IMG/VR virus record: IMGVR_UViG_3300017963_000231
Span: 1-64,000 of that record
DNA length: 64,000 nucleotides
Source of the DNA: a virus
Reading direction: 5' to 3' (one strand)
Shown: positions 29,214-35,691 of the stretch, piece by piece
How the letters are laid out: every line of letters starts with the position of its first letter
Position numbering within the stretch: the first letter of the stretch is position 1
Notes under the pieces: generated by a model
What the model was told of the DNA's origin: nothing
The model's database searches: none
What the model saw: the letters and a program-made list of their open reading frames with translations, nothing else
Translations under genes and position numbers: made by a program

Positions 29214-30290
29214 ATGGTTGAAGGTCTTGAAGATTTTGAGGTAATGGAAAGCGATATTGATGATGCAATTATTGCTGAGGGGGCTGATGCTCTTGATTTT
29301 AAGACGGCAGTGATGGAGCTTACGGCTGAGGAAAAGGACGCTCTTCGGCAGGAAATCAAGGATATTGTGGAGGGAATTGATACCAATATCCTGAAGCTGG
29401 GGGGATGTCTCTATAAGGTTCTTGGGTCCAAATCTTTCCTGGATTGGGGGTTCGAGACTTTTGATGAGTACGCGGAATATGAGGTAAAGCGTAAACGGCG
29501 GTGGTGTGAATATATCATGGGGGTCTGGTATGCCATCACATTTAAGATTCAGAGCGATGAAATCAGGGATCGACTGATAGCGATGGGGACTTCCAAGGCT
29601 GGGAGACTCGCGCCTCATATTACCGAGGAGAATGCTCAAGAGCTTTTGGATGAGGTTGAGACTCTAACCGTGGCCGAAACGGAAGGCCATCTCAGGAAAC
29701 GCCGCCGGAAAGAAAAGGGGCTACCGGAGGAGAAAGAAGAGCTTCGGAAGGTGCAACTAGAGTTAACTGTATCACAACGGGACGTGATGAAGTCCGCGTT
29801 GGAGGTGGCTCGGGCCGTGGCGGGGGTCAATGGGACCGGGGAGCAACTTTCGCTGATTTGTACTGAGTTCCTTTCTTCGCATTCGGCTCCTGGGTTGGCT
29901 AAAGAGGAGTTGATTGCGGCTCATGTAGACGGACTCAAGACGCTTACGGGGTGTAATTACGAGCCTTCAGTTGGCGGGGATATCCTGGCGGTTCTCATGC
30001 AAGAGGGGATGAGTAATCCTGAAGGTATTAGGTCGAAGATTAAATCGACCGTGAAAGGTCCGCTTACATTGAAAGAGTTTGTGATATTCATGGAAAGTGG
30101 AGAGTTTCCGTCCACCGTGGCGACAATGACTCCACCGATACCGGCTCCGGATCCGGAGGCATGGGGCGATGAAGAAAGTGATTCGGCAAGTGAGGAGAGC
30201 CCGAACGAGGAGATTTCGGGCGATGGTGGTGAGGTCCAGGATGAGGAGATGGATGAAGAGGGAACTGATGGAGAACTAGAAGATGAGTAG
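29214..30290 (+). CDS. Hypothetical protein with acidic tail
   Basis: GFETFDEY motif; AGGAGG SD. Confidence 0.65.
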   Translation: MVEGLEDFEVMESDIDDAIIAEGADALDFKTAVMELTAEEKDALRQEIKDIVEGIDTNILKLGGCLYKVLGSKSFLDWGFETFDEYAEYEVKRKRRWCEYIMGVWYAITFKIQSDEIRDRLIAMGTSKAGRLAPHITEENAQELLDEVETLTVAETEGHLRKRRRKEKGLPEEKEELRKVQLELTVSQRDVMKSALEVARAVAGVNGTGEQLSLICTEFLSSHSAPGLAKEELIAAHVDGLKTLTGCNYEPSVGGDILAVLMQEGMSNPEGIRSKIKSTVKGPLTLKEFVIFMESGEFPSTVATMTPPIPAPDPEAWGDEESDSASEESPNEEISGDGGEVQDEEMDEEGTDGELEDE

Positions 30291-30483
30291 ATGGAAAGCC
30301 GGGTTTTACCAGTGGCTATCTTTTAGGTTGCCTCCTACTCTCGTGTATTTTACTGCGATTAGGCTAATGGCTCACGTAACTACGCATTAATACTCAACAT
30401 ATAATGTGAGTGATGCGCGTGCTTTGGATGTTATACAATCTTGGGAGGATTTTTTTCAGATTTATGGTGAAAAAAGTTCTTGA
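30283..30483 (+). pseudogene. Small phage gene with in-frame TAA
   Basis: MSRWK...LPPTLVYFTAIRLMAHVTTH*YSTYNVSDARALDVIQSW; stop at 30388-30390. Confidence 0.5.
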
Positions 30484-30508
30484 CAAACGGGAATAGACCG
30501 GTTATAAT
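30480..30508 (+). promoter_or_regulatory. Consensus sigma70 promoter
   Basis: TTGACA-17-TATAAT. Confidence 0.9.
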
Positions 30509-30514
30509 GCGTTT

Positions 30515-31000
30515 AGTTCATTGAGGACAAGGTTCATTGATAATTAGGTAGGCTTTCAATCGAGGGCGGTCATAAAAATGACCCGTGATGGAAACACAAG
30601 GCTAAGGCAGGTCCGACAAACCTTTGATCCATCGAGATGAGAGACGGCCATCTCTCGTAGGGACCGTTGGAGAGGGATACTCCAAGGCCGCTTTCGATTG
30701 AAGGTCTACCTATAAGGTATTCAGATAGATGGTCTAAGAAGGCCCTTATCCGGTTTCCCGATAACAAGGGTAGAAATTTATTCCGGATTTGTAGGAGGAT
30801 TCAAGTTCCTTCAGTCTATTTGAATTAACCATGATGACTTGGCTTTCCTGGCTCGGGAAAGTGGTAAGGGCCATTCGATCAGACCTTAAATTTCACGGAG
30901 CACTAAGTCATTCGCATGGACGGGTGATTTAGGTGGATAACTAGGTTTGTGGTTGATAGTGAGGACCGGGAGTGGGAATCCCCGGCAAGTCAAGTGGTGA
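30515..31000 (+). ncRNA. Large multi-domain structured RNA of unknown family
   Basis: No credible ORF; 27-bp stem 30545-71/30686-712 whose five non-Watson-Crick pairs are all G-U; further closing stems 30720-30/30814-24 and 30829-42/30903-19. Confidence 0.7.
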
Positions 31001-31016
31001 ATGGAGGGAATTTTTT

Positions 31017-31910
31017 ATGGAATTCAATAAGCACAACAATGACTTAGTACGTAGGTTAAAGGTTCGCAAGGAGGAGTTCGAGGAGGAGAAGGAGATGCTC
31101 CTGAATCATCCTGGCGTTACTGAGGAAGGGCTAAAAATCACTTTGGCTTGGTTGGATCCTATGCTTGAGGATCTGGAGAATAAAATCAGGGGGTTAGAGG
31201 GATGACGGGTGGCGGTGTAGTCAAGGAAAAGGTTTTCATTGAAAAGGTTTTCATTGTTCACATGATTGGAAATCCTACTGATTTTCATGGGAATAAGACT
31301 AATTTTCTCAATCTTGTGGAACGGGTTAAGAAGATTGATGAGGTTAGAGGGTCTAGTTTTGCAGATATCGTGGAGCATTGCATCAAAGTGAAGCAAAGTC
31401 TTATCGAATCACGGCATGGAGTGCCCATTAATGGAGTTACGGTGGTAATGGCTCCAGGAATGGAGCATTTTGCCATTTCGATTTGTAGTGGGATGGATCA
31501 GTTTAGCAGGAAAGTAGGCCGTCTCTTGGCTTTGAATCGGTTGGCGAATAAATTTGGAGTTCTGACCATGCGACCTAAGAAACGGGTGTATTATGAAGGA
31601 TATCTGATCCTGATGCCTCCGAATAACTTCTTGGCCGATGAGGCTACCAAAAGAATCAAAATTCCCGATATTCGGGAGGAGTTGGCGTGGCTGGGGGTGT
31701 GGGATGGAGAAGAATCAGGCCGTTGAGAAGCAGTGTTGTTTTATTTGTGAGAAACCGTCGAATTGTCATTGGAAATGCGATTGGTTTGACGGTTATTTTG
31801 ATTGCAGTGGTAAGGTTCCTTGTGGGTCGTGTCGAAAGTTTAAGCGGTGTGAACCTTTAATTAAGGTTTGTGTTGTAAGTGACGATAATAAGTCAGTTTT
31901 ACCAATTTGA
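31017..31910 (+). other. Three hypothetical genes (31017-31205, 31202-31726, 31704-31910)
   Basis: Overlapping ORFs; the middle one has a C..DQFSRKVGR..A..R phage motif and the last is Cys-rich. Confidence 0.65.
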
Positions 31911-31927
31911 AAAAGGAGGTCTAAGGA

Positions 31928-32704
31928 ATGAAAGAGGCTAAGGTAGGAATGATCGATCTCGGAAATACCGGGATGGATGTAGGGTCTGAGCTTTATGATA
32001 TTTGGCGGGTGAAGATCAAACTTCGGAATGTGGTTTACGGCGGGGTGCCCAAGGATCCGAAAATAATTCAGAAGTGGATTGATGAGAAGATCAAGAAGGC
32101 CATTAAGGCCGGGCATGACATCACGCCGGAAATCGCGGAGGAAGAGCGGAAAAGGATCATGGAGACTCTGAATCTGGATGAGGACTCTAAGTGGTGCGGG
32201 TTCAAGGATATCTATCAGGGCGAAGAGGTTGGGCCGTATCTGGACGGCTACAATTTCAAGGCGATGATCCGAGAAGGGGCTACTCAAACCGGAGCCATGC
32301 TCCTTCGGTTCTCAAATAACCGGGGACTTCGCCAGCATTATCAGCATGGGATGCATGTCAAGGCAGGGGACGGCAAAAGCGATATTATCAGGTTGGGTAA
32401 GGTGGATGGTCAAGAAGAGTTTGTGGGCCATGTCAAGACTCCTCAAGGCGAAAAATCCATCCTTTCTCGGCATGATTATGTGGGATCGAGGGAACTTGAA
32501 TTCCAGGTTTGGAGCCTCGCGGTAGGTATCCTGGATGATGAATTGTTGGCCACCATCTTGAAGGCTACTCAGGAGATTGGACTTGGGGCTTGCCGGTCCA
32601 GGGAGTTGAGCAAGTTCGATCTTGTGGAGATGGAGCGGATTCAGGTAGGGAAGATCGACCATTTTCTCAAGATGAAGGCCAAGAAAGGGAAAAAAGACGC
32701 ATAA
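31928..32704 (+). CDS. Stand-alone Cas7/RAMP-like RNA-binding protein
   Basis: N-terminal strand RVKIKL..VYGGVP, PYLDGYNFKAMIREG (compare Csm3 P.IPGSSLKG.LR), C-terminal Gly loop IGLGACRSRELSKF. Confidence 0.7.
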   Translation: MKEAKVGMIDLGNTGMDVGSELYDIWRVKIKLRNVVYGGVPKDPKIIQKWIDEKIKKAIKAGHDITPEIAEEERKRIMETLNLDEDSKWCGFKDIYQGEEVGPYLDGYNFKAMIREGATQTGAMLLRFSNNRGLRQHYQHGMHVKAGDGKSDIIRLGKVDGQEEFVGHVKTPQGEKSILSRHDYVGSRELEFQVWSLAVGILDDELLATILKATQEIGLGACRSRELSKFDLVEMERIQVGKIDHFLKMKAKKGKKDA

Positions 32705-32721
32705 TGTGCGGAGATTTTCCC
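32687..32721. repeat. 35-bp dyad element, copy 3
   Basis: GGGAAAAAAGACGCATAATGTGCGGAGATTTTCCC. Confidence 0.8.
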
Positions 32722-32933
32722 ACAAGGAGTATGGTTTTTTCAGGCGGATGATTTTAACGCTTTCGGGATCATTTTAGCGTGAGGGGATTCATTTCCGATT
32801 TTTGTGGATGATTGGGCTTCTTGTGGGAAGTGGAGGGTCAACTTAGAGTTGACGGGAGTTATCGGCCCCTCCCGGCTGAGAATGACTTTGAAACGGCGGG
32901 GTTTCAGGGTAATTTGATCTTTGACAATTCAGT

Positions 32934-33400
32934 GGGACAAGTCAGGCTAGATCAGTACAAATCATGGGGACTTATCTACTCTGTGCAATACTACTCAGTT
33001 CAAATCGAGAGGACTTTTCCTTGCGCTACCTATCGGAACGGCAAGACTGATCCAGTCATCTCAACTTATATCAAATCGGAGCGACTTTGCGTTACCAGTC
33101 CACTCAGGTCGTTATGACTCATCGGATCATCTCAACTCGTGTCTAGAGGACCAATCAGCTAGAGGCAAATCGGAACGTATCCATGGGACTAATCTAATCA
33201 AATCTGTTCTGAGAGACTACACTATACAACGCACTACGAAACGGTATGACCACTCATGACGGAGCAAGGCGAAGCTATGCCCAGGGACTTATCTAATCAA
33301 ATCTGTTCTGAGAGACTAGGCACTTCATTACCTATCATTGTGACATATCAATTCGATTCCAGGGGACATATCAAACCGCTACTGATCGATACGGAGGGAC
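32934..33400 (+). repeat. Pentamer-periodic array: 14 units of NNGAC-(NNNNC)x3-7-NNN, putative guide RNA array
   Basis: NNGAC at 32934, 32967, 33010, 33043, 33081, 33114, 33147, 33185, 33213, 33246, 33284, 33312, 33340, 33363, 33396; 67 of 70 internal pentamers end in C. Confidence 0.9.
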
Positions 33401-33405
33401 AAAAT

Positions 33406-33993
33406 ATGAAATTAATGGTTTGCAATAAATGCGGAGATGTGATTTTTCCTCGCGGGGAAGCGGGGATATGGAAGTGGTGTATTTGCGGAAACATTGGAGG
33501 CATGTACGAGGACGGGTTGAAGTTTCTTGTGGCGATTGACGATCCGGATTATGCTCGGGTTGTGGGGATCGATAACAATGTTCTCGTAGGGAACTGTGAC
33601 TTAGGGGAGATATGGAAGCAAAAGCCGGGTGATCCAGCTTCCGGACGTAACCTGAAGGAGATATCCATTACCGAGGCCAGACGGGTTTACGGGTACTCTG
33701 GAGAGGCTTCGGATACTCTTGTGATCGACTTGGCTAAGGTGGTAGGGGTAGTTCCATCTGATTCGAGCCCGTGCTTTTCGGAAATGGTGTTCCATCTTGT
33801 CATGAAGGCTGATCGTATTAATAGGGAGAGGCTCAGAGCTATCTTCCCTATTTATGTTCAAATGGTGGATAGATTCCAGCTTAAAGACGGGGTTATCGCT
33901 CATCCTCAGCATCCGGAGATGGGGTTTTATGAGCCTTGCGGGGATAAGGGCTATCAGTGGCGATATCCTTTAGATACGGAGATAAGCAAGTAA
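33406..33993 (+). CDS. Hypothetical protein with N-terminal Zn finger
   Basis: CNKCGD...WCICG; SD GGAGGG overlaps the last array boundary. Confidence 0.7.
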   Translation: MKLMVCNKCGDVIFPRGEAGIWKWCICGNIGGMYEDGLKFLVAIDDPDYARVVGIDNNVLVGNCDLGEIWKQKPGDPASGRNLKEISITEARRVYGYSGEASDTLVIDLAKVVGVVPSDSSPCFSEMVFHLVMKADRINRERLRAIFPIYVQMVDRFQLKDGVIAHPQHPEMGFYEPCGDKGYQWRYPLDTEISK

Positions 33994-33997
33994 AAAC

Positions 33998-34025
33998 GGG
34001 GGCTTCGGCCCCCTAAATTTTTTTC
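33998..34025 (+). terminator. Rho-independent terminator
   Basis: GGGGGC-TTCG-GCCCCC followed by TAAATTTTTTT. Confidence 0.8.
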
Positions 34026-34034
34026 ATTTTTTTC

Positions 34035-34063
34035 TTGACAAACGGTTTTATAGGTGTTATACT
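34035..34063 (+). promoter_or_regulatory. Early promoter, copy 4
   Basis: TTGACAAACGGTTTTATAGGTGTTATACT. Confidence 0.9.
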
Positions 34064-34130
34064 AGATTTTACAATCGAATAACGGGAAACAAGCAAGGCA
34101 AGACGTTAAGGAAATAAGGAGGGGAGCAAA

Positions 34131-34301
34131 ATGAAAAGCATCAAGGAATTAGAGATAGACATCATCGAGGCGGAAGAGGCCATCGAGATGGAAAATAACC
34201 CTGAAATGATCCAGTTTTGGGAAGAGGAAATCAAAGACACAAAGGCGTTGATCGATGAGATCCAGTGGGCTCTTCACATGGTTCCGGCGGTCACAAAGTA
34301 A
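34131..34301 (+). CDS. Small early protein (56 aa, absent from the ORF track)
   Basis: AGGAGG SD directly after the promoter leader; MKSIKELEIDII... Confidence 0.65.
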   Translation: MKSIKELEIDIIEAEEAIEMENNPEMIQFWEEEIKDTKALIDEIQWALHMVPAVTK

Positions 34302-34315
34302 GGAGGGAAAGTAGG

Positions 34316-35158
34316 ATGGCTGAAGCTAAGGCAAGTGAGAAAAGGTTGGTTCCGGCCCTAATCGATGGGTATGTGGACTTTCCTTGGATGAAAATCCTGG
34401 ATGATGGTATCGAGCATAATGATCGAGTTTTGCTCGTTGGCCATTGCGGGGTTGGAAAGACCAGTTCCGTTGAGCAATTGGCGGCTCGCGGGAATTATGA
34501 GTGCCGTCGGGTCAATCTGAATGGGCAAACTACCATTTCTGATATGGTGGGCCAGTGGATTGCCAAGGACGGTGAGACGGTGTGGGTTGATGGGATCGTT
34601 CCTCAAGCGATGAAGAACGGCCAGTGGCTCATTCTGGATGAGATCGATTTCGCGATGCCGGAGATTCTGGCAGTGCTCCATTCCGTGCTGGAAGATGATG
34701 GATTCCTTGTTCTGGCGGAAAAAGATGCTGAGGTTGTACGGGCTCATAAGGATTTCAGGGTAATTGCTACTGCCAATAGCATTGGGGCCGATGCCGTGGA
34801 TCGGGGCCTTTATCAGGGAACTCAGGTGATGAATGAGGCGTTTCTTGATCGATGGTCTTGTGTACTCAAGATTGGATGGCCCCCGCAAGAGATTGAGGCT
34901 TCCATCCTGGAAAAGCGGGTCAAGGGGCTCCCTACTTCCGTGGCGGTCCTGATTGTCCGGATTGCTACGGACCTTCGAGGGGCTTTGGAGAAAAATGAGA
35001 TCATGACCACGTTTTCTCCTCGAAAGTGCCTCCAGTTGGCGGAAAAGGCCGTGAGGTATGGGGAGGTCATGCGGGCGGCTCAGGTAACAATTTTCAATAA
35101 GCAACCCGATGAGGAACGCAAGGTTTTTGAGGCAGTGTTTCAGCGGTGGTTGGGATAA
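34316..35158 (+). CDS. CobS/MoxR-like AAA+ ATPase
   Basis: GHCGVGKT, LILDEID, FRVIATAN, NEAFLDR, SPR. Confidence 0.9.
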   Translation: MAEAKASEKRLVPALIDGYVDFPWMKILDDGIEHNDRVLLVGHCGVGKTSSVEQLAARGNYECRRVNLNGQTTISDMVGQWIAKDGETVWVDGIVPQAMKNGQWLILDEIDFAMPEILAVLHSVLEDDGFLVLAEKDAEVVRAHKDFRVIATANSIGADAVDRGLYQGTQVMNEAFLDRWSCVLKIGWPPQEIEASILEKRVKGLPTSVAVLIVRIATDLRGALEKNEIMTTFSPRKCLQLAEKAVRYGEVMRAAQVTIFNKQPDEERKVFEAVFQRWLG

Positions 35159-35164
35159 GGAGGG

Positions 35165-35620
35165 GTGATCATGACTACCAAGGTAATAGAGGATAAAGGT
35201 GTGGCCGTTTTGAGGCAAGGTAAAGAGACTTACAAGGTTCTGATCGATCCAAATAACAATGAGGTCAAAGCGGTCCACATTTCCGGTCCCGGCATGGAAA
35301 AGACCTTCAGTAAAGGTACTCGGAGTGATCTTTATTCGGCTATCAAACTGGCGAAAGACGTGGTGGCTGAGAAGGTTAAGGACGGATGGGTAAGTAAGGA
35401 AACCAATTTTGGTTCCCTTGTGGAAGATGTCTACAATATGGGCCTTGATAACGTATCAAAAGCCTCTAAAAAGAAAGGTAAAAAAGGGAAATACGTTATC
35501 GAGGAAGTGAAAGACAATGTTCCTCCTCCCCCTCCCTCGATCAAGGATCTTTTCAAGATGACTCCAGTGGATATCAGTAAGCTGGCGAAAAGTGAGCTTG
35601 AAAAAGTGGCTCGGAAGTAA
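35165..35620 (+). CDS. Hypothetical protein
   Basis: ORF with SD between the AAA+ and vWA genes. Confidence 0.6.
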   Translation: MIMTTKVIEDKGVAVLRQGKETYKVLIDPNNNEVKAVHISGPGMEKTFSKGTRSDLYSAIKLAKDVVAEKVKDGWVSKETNFGSLVEDVYNMGLDNVSKASKKKGKKGKYVIEEVKDNVPPPPPSIKDLFKMTPVDISKLAKSELEKVARK

Positions 35621-35629
35621 GAAAAATTC

Positions 35630-35658
35630 TTGACAAACTATTTTATAGGTGCTATACT
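35630..35658 (+). promoter_or_regulatory. Early promoter, copy 5
   Basis: TTGACAAACTATTTTATAGGTGCTATACT. Confidence 0.9.
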
Positions 35659-35691
35659 AGGTTTTATCGTTAAGTCAAGGAGGGAAACAAA

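Noticed and set aside
32687-32721. dif/Xer site (CGCATAATGT resembles the XerC arm)
   Set aside because: No XerD arm (TTATGTTAAA); better explained as one copy of the symmetric 35-bp element
32812-33117. 101-aa ORF, and the N-terminal extension 33256-33405 of the next ORF
   Set aside because: Both overlap the 5-nt periodic array, which fits poorly with codon structure; the real downstream start is ATG 33406 with a GGAGGG SD
32934-33400. Canonical CRISPR array
   Set aside because: No constant 23-47-bp direct repeats; only GAC and every fifth C are conserved
34358-35278. Long minus-strand ORFs (also 52296-53447, 54558-55295, 12408-13076)
   Set aside because: Antisense shadows of well-supported + strand genes, with no motifs or SD sites
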